The translations under genes and the position numbers were made by a program. The notes beneath the pieces are model-generated. The model did no database searches. It was not told the origin of the DNA and saw only the letters and a list, made by a program, of their open reading frames with translations. From Mobula hypostoma (lineage: Eukaryota), in NCBI RefSeq assembly GCF_963921235.1, contig NC_086109.1:37512001-37576000 (forward strand): 64,000 bases of DNA, given 5' to 3'. Positions 1 to 13,026 of this stretch are shown in pieces; position 1 is the first letter of the stretch; each line of letters starts with the position of its first letter.

Positions 1-2691
1 GATATGTACGTAACAAGATGCAGGATGGCTGGGAAATAAGAGAAGGAAATGAGACCAATGGGATAGATTGGATGGACGTGCATGACCTTGGTTAAATGAA
101 TGACTTTCTGCTTGTAAGAAATAAGCAGATGAACACGGATAAGTATAGGAGACATGGGTACATCAGTGCATAAAGAGAAAGCAATCTGGAGAATGATGCA
201 TCATAGACTTGAGGTTTTTTTTGAGCAACACAAAATGCTGGAGGAACTTAGTGAGTTTACCAGGTGCCCCAGATTTCCAGCATCTGAAGTCTCTCATGTA
301 TTTTTTGTTTGGAGTTGGCTCGAAGCGGATCAGATATATTTTAACTAGATTCAATGAAGTGTAGTATGTATCAGTAACTGGAAAGAGAAACCCAGGAACA
401 TCAAGTTATTGGCAGTGTAGGCTTTCAACTCTCCAGATCCTGATGGAATTCACCCTAGTGTCTTAAAAGCAAAAACTAGTGAAATAATTTGTGCATTGGC
501 ATTAATTTGCCAAAATTCCTTAGATACATTGTAATGGCAGATGTAGGATTAATAAAAGATCTTGTAGCTGATGATCCTTAGGGAGCAGAGAGTGACTGCC
601 CAAATAAGATTGAAGGCAAACGATCCAAGTCCAAATGCTTAAATTTGGACACTACACAAGTATGAAGGAAGAGTTCTCTGAAGTAAACACAGAGAGAATA
701 TTACAAAAGGATAGGTTAGTAGATGAGCAATGAGCAAAGATGAGCTATGTTATAATGCTCAGCAGCAATTTATCCCAGTGAGAAAGATAAATCTTCTGCA
801 GCAAAATATCTAGGAACGGAACAAAAGCTTGTGGTGGATTGGAGGAATAAAAATTATTCAGGAATCTTCTAAGAGAAACCAAAAAGCTAATAAGAAGGAA
901 GAAAATTGTTTATGATAGTAAACTGACAGGTAACACAAATTGGATATACCAAATATTTAGAAAAATGGTAGCAAAAGCAATTGTAGCACTCCTGTAAAGT
1001 GAGTCTGGGGAACTAATAACAGGAAACAAAAAAATGATAGTTAAATTAAATTGATGCCAGACTGTGTGGTGAAGAGCACCGCAAATATCCTAAGGTTAAC
1101 AGGAGGCAATAATATTCTAACAATTCAGAACAAGGCGGCTAAAGTATTGAAGATCTGTTAAAAGATAAAAAGATAAAAAGATAGTCAAATCACATAATCC
1201 AGTGGATCTACATCCAGTAGCTTTAAATGAAATGGCTGTAGAGATCATAGAGCATTTTGCTGAATTTTTTTTCCCCAAAACTCACCAAGTTGTGGGAAGG
1301 ATATTTAAAGGAATATTCAGGAAGCATAGTTAAAACCACATGGATAAGGACCCAGAAAGAATAAATAGGGAAATTAATTATCTATTGTTGATATAATGCT
1401 GAAGTTTATATGCAATGAAGAAATAGTTGGTTATTTAAAAGATGACGAAGTCTTCAATCTGAAACTTAGCTCTGCTTCCTTTTCCACAGATGCTGAATGA
1501 TCTGCTAAGTGTTTTCGCCATTTATATTTTCAGATTTCCAGCCCCTGCACTGATCTTAATATAGCAAATGAAAATCAAAAATGATTTGAAAACTGTTTTA
1601 TCATGTGGGATACAGAGAACATTTTAAAACAGATATTTCAAATGCTCAATTTTTCTCCTTTTGAAATAGTTATTTATTAACTTTTAGTGTGGTTTTATTT
1701 GATCAACTAAACATTCCCAAGATATCAACACACAAACACGAGGAAATCTGCAGATGCTGGAATTTCAAGATATATCGTACTTCTAATGTTTTACATATTG
1801 AGAACAGAAATAAAACAAGCAGAGTCAATGGATAGACCGGAGAGATGGAAAATGATAAAATGCTAGCAAACTCAGTTAAGAGACAAAGCAATGGAAAGAA
1901 AGGCACTCCAGTGAGATAGGACCATTGATGATTCTTCAACCAGTGAGACTATGTCAGCCAGAGTGAATACAATGCATATAAAGCTTTATCAGGCTCATCA
2001 ATATATCAGTGTCAGGGGAAATTCAAATACTAGGAATGAACATTACATTAAATTGTATTATTGCAAACCAAGAAGAAATCAGAAATCCTGCTGCATGGTC
2101 TCAGCCCAAAACATCTAATCACCAATTACCTTCTTTACCTTCCTATGGTGTAATAGTTTGATTACTTTTATTTTTCAGACTTAGGTTGGTTGCCTTTGCA
2201 GAAAGATTTAATGCTGTTTATTTTAAATAACAAATGTAGTGCTCTCCCAAACGACCAATGCTTGTCTCACCTAACCGCTCCATTCAATAATTTTCACATT
2301 TAACACTCTAACAAAAGGAATGCACTTCAGAAATGGACTTATCCCATGTATTAGCAAAAACACACTTTACAAACCTGTGCTGAGCTAAACAGTAGCATCA
2401 TCTGTTTACTTCCTTGCCTCTACAACACATGACTTCTGAGTTCAAATTGCATCTCAATTCATTACGCTTTATACATGGGGCTCACTATTCCGAGCTTCGG
2501 TAATCCCTTTTCTAAATGCAAATACATGATCATTCCCTTCCCTTCACACAGGGTCACAATGAGTAAATATACATGCCTACATCAGAAATATTGCCATCTA
2601 AACCACTTCCTTGCAACTCACCACATACACCCTTTCTCCCTTCCAACCCTACTTGTCTTATAACCAGCCCGTGAAGAAAAACTCTCACTAT

Positions 2692-3534
2692 TGTTACGTA
2701 CCCCGTAACTGGGTTGCCAAACCAGCAGAAATGGACCACTTAGTTGGAGTCTGGATTACTGGAACTAAGAAAGTTTTATTAAAGAAATAAGTAACACAGT
2801 ACTCTAATCGTAAGGATATAAATGCAACAGATTAGCAATGATAAAACACACATGTACACAGAACTAAGGTAATAGGAATCAAACAAGCTCTATCGCAGTC
2901 TAGGGGTAAAATGATCAGTCTCAAGTGACGCAGAGTTCAGTTCAGCTTAGTACAGTTCGCAGTAATCGCTGTTGTGCCGTTGGAGAGAGAGAGAGAGAGA
3001 GAGAAAGAGAGATATAATATGCAAATCTGATTCAGACAGACCTTTGTTCTTCGCAGTTAGCTTTTGGGCGAACCCTTTTAATGTCTTCTGAGGTCACCGA
3101 CTGTGACCCCTCCGTTCCGAACACGACCGCTCTTCCGCGGTGAACCCGGCACCCAGGCAAGGGCGGACACACACACCAGGTTCCTGCCGATCGTACCTTT
3201 TCACCCTGTGCGTCTATGGTCGGTCCCGCGACGAGACCTCTAAACTCTCACCAACTTGTGGGGGCACACTGCTCTTCCAGGGTCTCGTTATCTCATGATC
3301 TCGTGGTGTCGTGCCTTAGTGGACCTGTTCCTTTTATCCCCCTGCTGGGGTATCGCCTGTCCATCAAACTTCAAACAGTTCAGGTTCAAAGCAACTGGTC
3401 TGTCAATACTCGGACTGGTGTCTCTTTTCGTTATCTCTCTCTCTTCTCTCATTAACATTTTGAACGTTTCTCCATTTGTCTCCCTTATCTCTCTCATCAG
3501 CATCAATCTTCTGATAACTTGGTTTGTCGTCACG
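2692..3534 (-). mobile_element. Solo LTR (Gypsy-like)
   Basis: Termini TGTTACG...CGTCAC(G); imperfect 4-bp TSD ctat/cgat; TATA-like GATAAAAG and AATAAA on the minus strand; internal (GA)n. Confidence 0.65.
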
Positions 3535-3972
3535 CGATTCACTTGCAAGTCTACTTTCAATACATCATCCATCAATTTTTTTTTTAAGTCCTCCATTCAC
3601 CAGGTTTCTGCAGTTCTGGATGACTTCAACAACATTGATCCTGCTACCTTTGAAGCTCCCATTAAAATAGCCTTTTTCTTACCCAGCCTGCTGCCTGAAA
3701 CCAGATAATGCATACCTGAAAGGTATACTTTAAAGGATACTGAAAATGATGTACTTGAAACACATCACCTGGGCTCTACTTTCCTGTTCTCTGTAATGCA
3801 AAGATAACCCCTAGAAATACACAGAAAACTTAGCAGACCAGGCAGCATCTATGGAAAAGAGTAAACAGTTGACATTTCAGGCTGAGACCCTTTAGCAGGA
3901 CTGGAAAAAAGAGCTGAGAAGTCAGAGTAAGAAGGTGGGGGAGGGGAGGAAGTAGTACAAGGTAGTAGGTGA

Positions 3973-6900
3973 TAGAAACATAGAAACATAGAAAATAGGT
4001 GCAGGAGTAGGCCATTCGGCCCTTCGAGCCTGCACCGCCATTTATTATGATCATGGCTGATCATCCAACTCAGAACCCAGCCTTCCCTCCATACCCCCTG
4101 ACCCCTGTAGCCACAAGGGCCATATCTAACTTCCTTTTAAACATAGCTAATGAACTGGCCTCAACAGTTTGCTGTGGCAGAGAATTCCACAGATTCACCA
4201 CTCTCTGTGTGAAGAAGTTTTTCCTAACCTCGGTCCTAAAAGGCTTCCCCTCTATCCTCAAACTGTGACCCCTCGTTCTAGACCTCCCCAACATCGGGAA
4301 CAATCTTCCCGCATCTAGCCTGTCCAATCCCTTTAGGATCTTATACGTTTCAATCAGATCCCCCCTCAATCTTCTAAATTCCAACGAGTACAAGCCCAGT
4401 TCATCCAGTCTTTCTTCATATGAAAGACCTGCCATCCCAGGAATCAATCTGGTGAACCTTCTTTGTACGCCCTCTATGGCAAAGATGTCTTTCCTCAGAT
4501 TAGGGGACCAAAACTGCACACAATACTCCAGGTGTGGTCTCACCAAGGCCTTGTACAACTGCAGTAGTACCTCCCTGCTCCTGTACTCGAATCCTCTCGC
4601 TATAAATGCCAGCATACCATTCGCCTTTTTCACCGCCTGCTGTACCTGCATGCCCACTTTCAATGACTGGTGTATAATGACACCCAGGTCTCGTTGCACC
4701 TCCCCTTTTCCTAATCGGCCACCATTCAGATAATAATCTGTTTTCCTATTTTTGCCACCAAAGTGGATAACTTCACATTTATCCACATTAAATTGCATCT
4801 GCCATGAGTTTGCCCACTCACCCAACCTATCCAAGTCACCCTGCATCCTCTTAGCATCCTCCTCACTGCTAACACTGCCACCCAGCTTCGTGTCATCCGC
4901 AAACTTGGAGATGCTGCATTTAATTCCCTCATCCAAGTCATTAATATATATTGTAAACAACTGGGGTCCCAGCACTGAGCCTTGCGGTACCCCACTAGTC
5001 ACCGCCTGCCATTCTGAAAAGGTCCCGTTTATTCCCACTCTTTGCTTCCTGTCTGCTAACCAATTCTCCACCCACACCAATACCTTACCCCCAATACCGT
5101 GTGCTTTAAGTTTGCACACTAATCTCCTGTGTGGGACCTTGTCAAAAGCCTTTTGAAAATCCAAATATACCACATCCACTGGTTCTCCCCTATCCACTCT
5201 GCTAGTTACATCCTCAAAAAATTCTATGAGATTCGTCAGACATGATTTTCCTTTCACAAATCCATGCTGACTTTGTCCGATCATTTCACCGCTTTCCAAA
5301 TGTGCTGTTATCACATCCTTGATAACTGACTCCAGCAGTTTCCCCACCACCGACGTTAGGCTAACCGGCCTATAATTCCCCGGTTTCTCTCTCCCTCCTT
5401 TTTTAAAAAGTGGAGTTACATTAGCCACCCTCCAATCCTCAGGAACTAGTCCAGAATCTAACGAGTTTTGAAAAATTATCACTAATGCATCCACTATTTC
5501 TTGGGCCACTTCCTTAAGCACTCTGGGATGCAGACCATCTGGCCCTGGGGATTTATCTGCCTTCAATCCCTTCAATTTACCTAACACCACTTCCCTACTA
5601 ACATGTATTTCGCTCAGTTCCTCCATCTCACTGGACCCTTTGTCCCTTACTATTTCTGGAAGATTATTTATGTCCTCCTTAGTGAAGACAGAACCAAAGT
5701 AATTATTCAATTGGTCTGCCATGTCCTTGCTCCCCATAATCAATTCACCTGTTTCTGTTTGCAGGGGACCTACATTTGTCTTTATCAGTCTTTTCCTTTT
5801 TACATATCTATAAAAGCTTTTACAGTCCGTTTTTATGTTCTCTGCCAGTTTTCTCTCATAATCTTTTTTCCCCTTCCTAATTAAGCCCTTTGTCCTCCTC
5901 TGCTGAACTCTGAATTTCTCCCAGTCCTCAGGTGAGCCACTTTCTCTGGCTAATTTGTATGCTACTTCTTTGGAATTGATACTATCCCTAATTTCTCTTG
6001 TCAGCCACGGGTGCACTACCTTCCTTGATTTATTCTTTTGCCAAACTGGGATGAACAATTGTTGTAGTTCATCCATGCATCCTTTAAATGCCTGCCATTG
6101 CATATCCACCGTCAATCCTTGAAGTGTCATTTGCCAGTCTATCTTAGCTAATTCACGTCTCATACCTTCAAAGTTACCCCTCTTTAAGTTCAGAACCTTT
6201 GTTTCTGAATTAACTACGTCACTCTCCATGTTAATGAAGAATTCCACCATATTATGGTCACTCTTACCCAAGGGGCCTCTCACGACAAGATCGCTGATTA
6301 ACCCTTCCTCATTGCTCAAAACCCAGTCCAGAATAGCCTGCTCTCTAGTCGGTTCCTCGACATGTTGGTTCAAAAAACCATCCCGCATACATTCCAAGAA
6401 ATCCTCTTCCTCAGCACCTTTACCAATTTGGTTCACCCAGTCTACATGTAGATTGAAGTCACCCATTATAACTGCTGTTCCTTTATTGCACACATTTCTA
6501 ATTTCCTGTTTAATACCATCTCCGACCTCACTGCTACTGTTAGGTGGCCTGTACACAACTCCCACCAGCGTCTTCTGCCCCTTAGTGTTACGCAGCTCTA
6601 CCCATATCGATTCCACATCTTCCCGGCTTATGTCCTTCCTTTCTATTGCGTTAATCTCTTTTTTAACCAGCAACGCCACCCCACCTCCCCTTCCTTCATG
6701 TCTATCCCTCCTGAATATTGAATATCCCTGAACGTTGAGCTCCCATCCCTGGTCACCCTGGAGCCATGTCTCTGTGATCCCAACTATATCATAATCATTA
6801 ATAACAATCTGCACTTTCAATTCATCCACCTTATTACGAATGCTCCTTGCATTGACACATAAAGCCTTCAGGCGCTCTTTTACAACTCTCTTAGCCCTTT

Positions 6901-7314
6901 TTAATGCTTGCCCTGGATTTGTCGGCCTGCCACTTTTATTTTTCCCCTTTGTACTTTTTGCTTCTACGCTCACTTTACACCCCTCTGTCTCTCTGCACTG
7001 GTTCCCATCCCTCTGTTGTGAACTAACCTCCTCACACCTAGCCGCTTTAATTTGATTCCCACCCCCCAACCATTCTAGTTTAAAGTCACCTCAGTAGCCC
7101 CCGCTAATCTCCCTGCCAGGATATTGGTCCCCCTAGGATTTAAGTGTAACCCGTCCTTTTTGTACAGGTCACACCTGCGCCAAAAGAGGTCCCAATGATC
7201 CAAAAACTTGAATCCCTGCCCCCTGCTCCAATCCCTCAGCCACGCATTTATCCTCCACCTCATCGCATTCCTACTCTCACTGTCGCGTGGCACAGGCAGT
7301 AATCCCGAGATTAC
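3973..7314 (-). mobile_element. Young CR1 LINE, 5'-truncated within ORF1
   Basis: (TTCTATGT)n tail; 7-bp TSD taggtga (3966-3972 / 7315-7321); ORF1 esterase C-terminus (DGLHLN) at 7075-7314; complete ORF2. Confidence 0.95.
4070..7069 (-). CDS. CR1 ORF2: APE endonuclease + reverse transcriptase, uninterrupted 999 aa
   Basis: Motifs NARS, ETW, GDFN and SDH (APE); YRPVSLTS, LDFQKAFD, GVPQGSVLGP and FADD (RT). Confidence 0.95.
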   Translation of the reverse strand: MGGGNQIKAARCEEVSSQQRDGNQCRETEGCKVSVEAKSTKGKNKSGRPTNPGQALKRAKRVVKERLKALCVNARSIRNKVDELKVQIVINDYDIVGITETWLQGDQGWELNVQGYSIFRRDRHEGRGGGVALLVKKEINAIERKDISREDVESIWVELRNTKGQKTLVGVVYRPPNSSSEVGDGIKQEIRNVCNKGTAVIMGDFNLHVDWVNQIGKGAEEEDFLECMRDGFLNQHVEEPTREQAILDWVLSNEEGLISDLVVRGPLGKSDHNMVEFFINMESDVVNSETKVLNLKRGNFEGMRRELAKIDWQMTLQGLTVDMQWQAFKGCMDELQQLFIPVWQKNKSRKVVHPWLTREIRDSINSKEVAYKLARESGSPEDWEKFRVQQRRTKGLIRKGKKDYERKLAENIKTDCKSFYRYVKRKRLIKTNVGPLQTETGELIMGSKDMADQLNNYFGSVFTKEDINNLPEIVRDKGSSEMEELSEIHVSREVVLGKLKGLKADKSPGPDGLHPRVLKEVAQEIVDALVIIFQNSLDSGLVPEDWRVANVTPLFKKGGREKPGNYRPVSLTSVVGKLLESVIKDVITAHLESGEMIGQSQHGFVKGKSCLTNLIEFFEDVTSRVDRGEPVDVVYLDFQKAFDKVPHRRLVCKLKAHGIGGKVLVWVENWLADRKQRVGINGTFSEWQAVTSGVPQGSVLGPQLFTIYINDLDEGIKCSISKFADDTKLGGSVSSEEDAKRMQGDLDRLGEWANSWQMQFNVDKCEVIHFGGKNRKTDYYLNGGRLGKGEVQRDLGVIIHQSLKVGMQVQQAVKKANGMLAFIARGFEYRSREVLLQLYKALVRPHLEYCVQFWSPNLRKDIFAIEGVQRRFTRLIPGMAGLSYEERLDELGLYSLEFRRLRGDLIETYKILKGLDRLDAGRLFPMLGRSRTRGHSLRIEGKPFRTEVRKNFFTQRVVNLWNSLPQQTVEASSLAMFKRKLDMALVATGVRGYGGKAGF

Positions 7315-7487
7315 TAGGTGAAACTGGGAGAGGAGGATGAGTGAAGCAGAGAGCTGGGAAGTTAATTGTTGAAAGAGATAAAAGAGCTGGAGAATGTGGA
7401 TTCTGAGAAGAAAAAAGGCCATGAAAGAAAGGGAAGGGGAGGACCACTGGAAGATGATGATGGGCAGGTAAGGAGATAAGGTGAGAG

Positions 7488-8090
7488 GCTATCGCATGCG
7501 CAGCTCTCCGGTGAAAATGATATCGTATCCGTTAAATAGGGGCCGTGGACAATTCTGATTTAATGGTGAATGGACATGAAAGCACAGAGGAACATCTGGA
7601 GAAATTTCTGAAACGCCCGTTCGCTGCTGTCGTTACTGTGTGGTCGTGAATCTTTCGGAGGGTAGACCTCAAAATCCCCGGCCTTGCCTGCTTTTGGCAA
7701 CTGAGAAGGAGGTCGAATTGTTCACACAGAGATGGCGCTCAGTACTCGGTGTCGGAGAGCTGATCAGAGCTCCAAGTTTTCCGATGACTCAGAGTCGGAT
7801 TGTGATCGGCATGGCAGGGAGAGTTTTTCTTCCTTCTCCCGTCTGCGTGACATGTGGGACATTTGAGAAACTTTGAACTTTACTGTGCTCACAGACTTCT
7901 TCATCAAGTTATAGTATTGTTACACTGTTTGTAACTATATGTTATAACTATGTGGTTTTGTCAATTTTTTCAGTCTTGGTTTGTCCTGTGTTTTGTAGTA
8001 TCACACCGGAGGAAATAATGTACCATTTCTTAATGCATGCATTACTAAATGACAATAAAAGAGGACTACGTGTCTTCATAATCATAAAAA
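7488..8090 (+). mobile_element. Unclassified non-autonomous retroposon inserted in the Penelope remnant
   Basis: CpG-rich non-coding body that breaks Penelope colinearity; ends in AATAAA, a short tail and an A-run. Boundaries are approximate. Confidence 0.45.
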
Positions 8091-8759
8091 AAATGGAATA
8101 CAAGGTGCTGCTCCTCAAACTATCATGGCAGTAAAGCAGGCCATGGACCAACATGTAAGAATGGGAATGGGAATGGGAAGTAGAACTGAAATGGGTGGAA
8201 TCCAGGAGATCCTGCTTTTTCTGGCAGATGGAACATAGGTGCTTGGCAAAGCAATGTCACTGATGCACAGGAAGCCACACCAGGAGCACCAGACACAGTA
8301 GATGACCCAACAGACTCGTATGTGAAGTGTCACCCCAACTACAAGGACTATTTGGGGTCCTGAATGGCAGTGATGGAGGTGGTGTAGGGGCAGGTGTGGC
8401 ACTTGTTCTGCTTGCAAGGATAAATATCATGAGGGAGATCAGTGAGGAGGGACATTGAACAAGGGCATCGCATGGGGGAGATCGCTGTGAAAAGCAGAAA
8501 TTTGGAGGGGGAATGAGAGAGGGAAAGATGTGCTTGGTGGTGGGATCCTGTTGGAGATGGTATAAGTTACGGAGAATTATGTGGGGATGCAGAGGCTGGT
8601 GATGAAGTAGAAAGAGAGCATTGATAGTGAAGGATGCTGCCTGGCCTGCTGAGTTCCTCCAGCATTTTGTATGTTAACTTTGATTTCCAGTATCTGTAGA
8701 TTTTTTCTTGCTTTATGAAGATAGCCCTTCGTTCATTTTCTCTACTGCAAGATTTCTTT

Positions 8760-9320
8760 CATATTCTGCTGACCTTATAACCTACTCCAACATCAATCTA
8801 ACTCTTCCCTCCTAAACAGCCCTCTACTTTTCTATTTTCCATGAGTTTCTTAAATGTTCCTAATGTATCTGCTCCTACCACCATCCCTGGCAGTGAGTTC
8901 CACGCAATCACTACTGCCTGCGTAAAAAACGTACCTCTGACATTCTCCCATCACCTTAAATGACGACCCCTCGTATTAATCATATCCGCCCTGGGAAAAT
9001 GTCTCTAACTATCTACTCGATCTAGGCCTCTTATAATCTTCTACACCTCTCTAAAGTCACCTCTCATCCTCCTTTTCTCGAAACAGAAAAGCCCTAGTTC
9101 GCTCAACCTATTTTCATACTTTAGCTAGACATGCTCTTTAATCCAGGCAGCACCCTGGTAGATTTCCTCTGCACCCTCTCAAGTTTTCTATCCTTCCTAT
9201 AATAAGGCGAACTGAACTAGACAAAGTATTTCAAGTGTGGACTAACTAGAGGTTTTATAGAGCTGCAAAATTACCTCATGACTCTTAAACTCTATCCCCC
9301 TACTAATCAAGGCCAAAATG
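8760..9320 (-). mobile_element. Decayed CR1 3' fragment
   Basis: Degenerate similarity to the ORF2 C-terminal region of the young CR1 in this window. Confidence 0.65.
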
Positions 9321-9383
9321 AAAACAACCCATTTGTTCCTAGTCCATTTTTGCTCAATAACTAATCCTCAGTCCAAACTAGTA

Positions 9384-10199
9384 CAGTGAATTCCAGTTAA
9401 TTGGGACACATCAAGACCAGTACATTTTGGCCCAATTTAGTGGCTGCCCCAATTAGACAAAGCTTCATGGAAATAGTTAAAAAGGTATTAAAAAAATAAA
9501 TTGGTTAACTGAGTAACAAAGTGTGTTTAAATGAAATAAACAAATTAGAACAGTGCCAATGCTACTACAGTACTATAAAACTGTATATTAGTTCCTAATA
9601 GTTCCCCAAATCTTCACTTTCATTGTAACATTCAAGATGATTGTCAATACCTTCAAATACTTCATAGTTCCTAACCTGAAGTAGCAAAATAGTTTCATAT
9701 TCACTCCCAGCTAGCTGTTTCTGGCATCTCCAAGCCTGAATGCTTGAAACTGCAAAGAGCGAAAGAGTTCTGAATTGTCTTACTGATTTTTTGCCAATTA
9801 TCAGTGACAATATATCTCTACTTTTTGAACACAAATACAAACAACCGATCAACACACACAAAGCGCTAGAGGAGCTCAGCAGGCCAGGCAGCATCTATGG
9901 AGAAAAGTACAGCTGATGTTTCAGGCTGAAACCCTTTGGCAGGGCAACTGATACTATTTAAAAACCGTTCACTTTAAGTACTGTGTAGTCTCTAACGGCC
10001 ATACAAGTACACACGACTGACGCTGGTTAGCAACTGTTCAGCAATAATCTCTTGTCCCAATTAAGTGGCATAGTGTCCCAAATCCCAGAAATCAAAGGGA
10101 ATCCCAACTATTTTCTCAAATCGTTTTTGTTCTTTTAAGAGTTATTTCAAATAGGTGGCTGCCGTGATTAACCGATGCCCTATTAACTGGAATCGACTG
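9384..10199. mobile_element. Tc1/pogo(Tigger)-type MITE containing a small Penelope terminal-repeat insert (~9850-9945)
   Basis: TIRs cagtgaattccagttaattggg / ccctattaactggaatcgactg, flanked by TA on both sides. Confidence 0.75.
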
Positions 10200-11011
10200 T
10201 ATTTTCCACATTTTGATGTGCTGCAATTTTCTTCATAAATCTCTTGTGTGGCATGTTTTCAGGACCTTCTGAAATTCTAAAAACACTATATCCCAACTAG
10301 TTTATTCCACATTTCCAAGTACCTGTCCCAATTTCATAATAATAAATCCCAGCTCTTTTCCCACTACTGATGTTAACCTAATTGATCGTCAGCTCACCAG
10401 TTACCACCTCCCTCCTTTGTTATAGAATGGGGTTATATTTGCTACCTTCATAAAGCAGAGTACACAGAACTCCCTGATGTCTCTCTGGTACAGCAATCTT
10501 GCTTTGAGGTCCTCAATTTTATTTTCCAGAGACTACATTCACCAGCAGGATAATCCAGTAGTGCAAGTCTCAGGCCTCTACATTTCAATCATACCTGTTG
10601 ATCAGCACAGCTTACCCGCTTCCGTTTTCTTAAAAGGGAACTGACCCAAGTTTGCTGTCCAAGGTTCATCGAGCTTCATTATCAATAGATTTTTTAAACA
10701 TCTTAAAATGATGCTTCTTACTGAAGTACCCACGGCCGTGACTGTGGAGCTCAGCTGTAGGAGTCCTCATCAGGAATATTTGATGATTCCCATCAGAGCT
10801 GCACACTAAGAGTCGCCACTTAATGGCGCCATGTTGTGGAGACCCTTCCCTAAATAAGGAGACCAATACTTGTCAGAGCGCTCCCAATGTGTTCCGACCA
10901 ACCATTGCAGAACAAAATACTCTTAGACACAAGGTGCTGAAATCCAGAGCAAGACACACAAAATCCTGAAGGAACTCAGCAGGTCAGACAGCATCTTTGG
11001 AAAGGATTAAA

Positions 11012-11049
11012 TAGTCGACATTTCAGGCCAGGACCTTTCATCAGGACAG
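11012..11049 (-). ncRNA. Penelope-associated minimal type I hammerhead motif
   Basis: Minus strand: GUC-CUGAUGA-A-AGG-uccugg-CCU-GAAA-U-GUC-GAC. Confidence 0.65.
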
Positions 11050-11167
11050 AGGAAGAAGCCAGAAGCCAGAACACTTTTTAAAATTTTATTTTAAGATACA
11101 GCTTGGAACAGGTCTTTCCAGTTTAACAAGCTGCACCACCCAGCAACCAACCTATTTCACCCTAGCT

Positions 11168-11869
11168 GAAGTTTCATGGTTAAAAGGTGTAAAAAAAGTC
11201 AAACTACTGTTTAACTGAGTAACAATTTATGTGTTTAAATGAAATACAAATCAAATTAATACACTACCAATACCCTCTACAGTTCTAAAAAAATGGTATT
11301 AGTTCCTAATAGTTATCAATGGAAGAATTCATCTGCTGTGTTCTTTTCATTGATTAAATGAACAAAATCAGTGAACACACCAAGTACAGATAATGGACTG
11401 CCTTCTTAGAGTACTTCAGACTATTACATCCTCCAAATCTTCATTTTCATTTTACCAAGATGAATGATTAACTTGTTGAAATAGTGAACTCATTTCACTT
11501 TCATTCCTGGCTGTTTCTGGCATCTCCAAGCCTGAATGTCTGAAACCTTGGACAACAAATCCTGAGTTGCCTTACTGCTTATTTCTCATCAACTATTAGT
11601 GACAAAAATCACTGCTTTTTGAACACAAACACACACAACCAACACTATTTAAAACTGTTCGTTTTAAGCAGTATACTGCCTAACTGCCTTGCAAGTGCAC
11701 GCGACTGCACTAGTTAAAACTATCCAGCAAGTCTCCTGTCCCAATTAAGCAGTATGTTGTCCCAAATAAACAAAGATCCCAGCTATTATCTCAATTAGTT
11801 TCTTTAAGAGTTGTCCCAAGTAAGTGCCTGCCCAGATTAGCCGATGACCCAATTAACCAGAATCCACTA
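11168..11869. mobile_element. Second, partial copy of the same MITE family
   Basis: Colinear with 9460-10199 and ends in the same TIR (cccaattaaccagaatccact). Confidence 0.7.
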
Positions 11870-12903
11870 TATCAGTATTCCCTTTAAGACTTCTTGATAG
11901 CTGTGATTGGACCACTTTACATATTTTGAGTTGTGATAAAGGGTCCTGACCCAAAATGTTGACTGTTTATTCACCTCCATGAATGCTTCTTGACTTGCTG
12001 AGTTCTCCAGCACAAATTTATATAAATTGTTTAAATTGTAGTCATTAGTTTACAGCCCTTCCCTTTATTATCTACGATAGCTAACTCACACTACTTGTCT
12101 GTGATCTACCTCAATCAAATTTAAAACTCTGCTCTTAAATGAGGTCTATATACTGTTAACCAAGAGATGTGGAATAAATACATGTATAATATGGAATTAG
12201 GTCACAGCTGTGCAAGAAAGGCACACTCAAGGGTCTAAATTGGTCTACTTTTTTCAGCATTCCCTGACAACCAGCTTTTCTACCTCAATTGTTTAGTTAA
12301 ATATAGTATTTCATGGGACTAAGCTTAATTTTTAATTGTAACTTCATACATTTATGCAAAAGCTCCATATAAAGTTTTTTGGGATAAAACATTCTTTAGA
12401 TATTCGACGTGCATGAAGGTCACACCACAGTTAACAGTCCACAATATACCAACTCCCTCAAAATCTTCGTTAAAAAAATTTTTAAAAATTGTTTTCGGTG
12501 TTGCCCAATTTATTTTCAGAAATGATGACGAGTGACTGAATGTGTCTAGTGCACAGGCATCGCAACATCCACCCACAAAACAGGAACGAACCATACGAAA
12601 TATTGCAATGCTGGATGTACTGATGGGCAGTAACGGGTTAAGAAACTAGATCAGGAAGTTAAAGCCGAAAGCAAGGAGCATGCGCAAAAGGGTCGAGGTT
12701 ATTAAAAAACACCATATTAAAAAAAGCTAAATGAAGACACGATTTTTCAATGAGAATAAAATAATACAAGCATAGTCAACACCAAAATTGACACGTTTAG
12801 CTCCTGGAAAGACTAAACCTAATGAGAAATTCTTTGAACAAAATAAATCTCTTAGCACCAACACCTCCCTCGCCGCCGTGTATTATTACCGCGGATACTC
12901 TAC

Positions 12904-13026
12904 CGCTATCACATTGACAAACGTCGTCTTCCCCGAATACTGCAATCCCACCAGTGTCAGCTCCATCTCCTCCTTCCAGAACAGGGACTTGAACCAGTCC
13001 AGCAGCTTGCTGAAGAGGGCCAACAT
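12904..13026 (-). CDS. ARL8A: ADP-ribosylation factor-like 8A, coding exon 1 (downstream exons not found in the window)
   Basis: Minus strand from ATG at 13026 reads [41 protein letters not shown] (123 nt, P-loop GLQYSGKT), followed by a GT donor (gtagag) at 12903. The ALF.KLLDWFK signature and proximity to UBE2T favour ARL8A over ARL8B. Confidence 0.93.

Larger units (their letters stand above)
3813..8717 (-). mobile_element. Old Penelope-like element remnant with an inverted end, interrupted by a CR1 (3973-7314) and an unclassified repeat (~7488-8090)
   Basis: Terminal-repeat sequence at 3820-3970; decayed GIY-YIG coding sequence at ~8100-8420 (minus strand, VIYCVWCSWCGFLCISD); inverted terminal copy at 8630-8715; degenerate TSD aagataacccct/aagatagccctt. 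Confidence 0.7.

Noticed and set aside
400..1260. Faint CR1-like sequence here and at ~10200-10450, 40600-41600 and 42500-42660
   Set aside because: Probably very old CR1 relics, but too decayed to assign boundaries.
10818..10836. Palindromic YY1-like site atggcgccat in ARL8A intron 1
   Set aside because: A single short motif; function cannot be supported without conservation data.
1..12903. Search for ARL8A exon 2 (SGQF...VTIK)
   Set aside because: Not found by eye on the minus strand; presumed to lie beyond the left edge.
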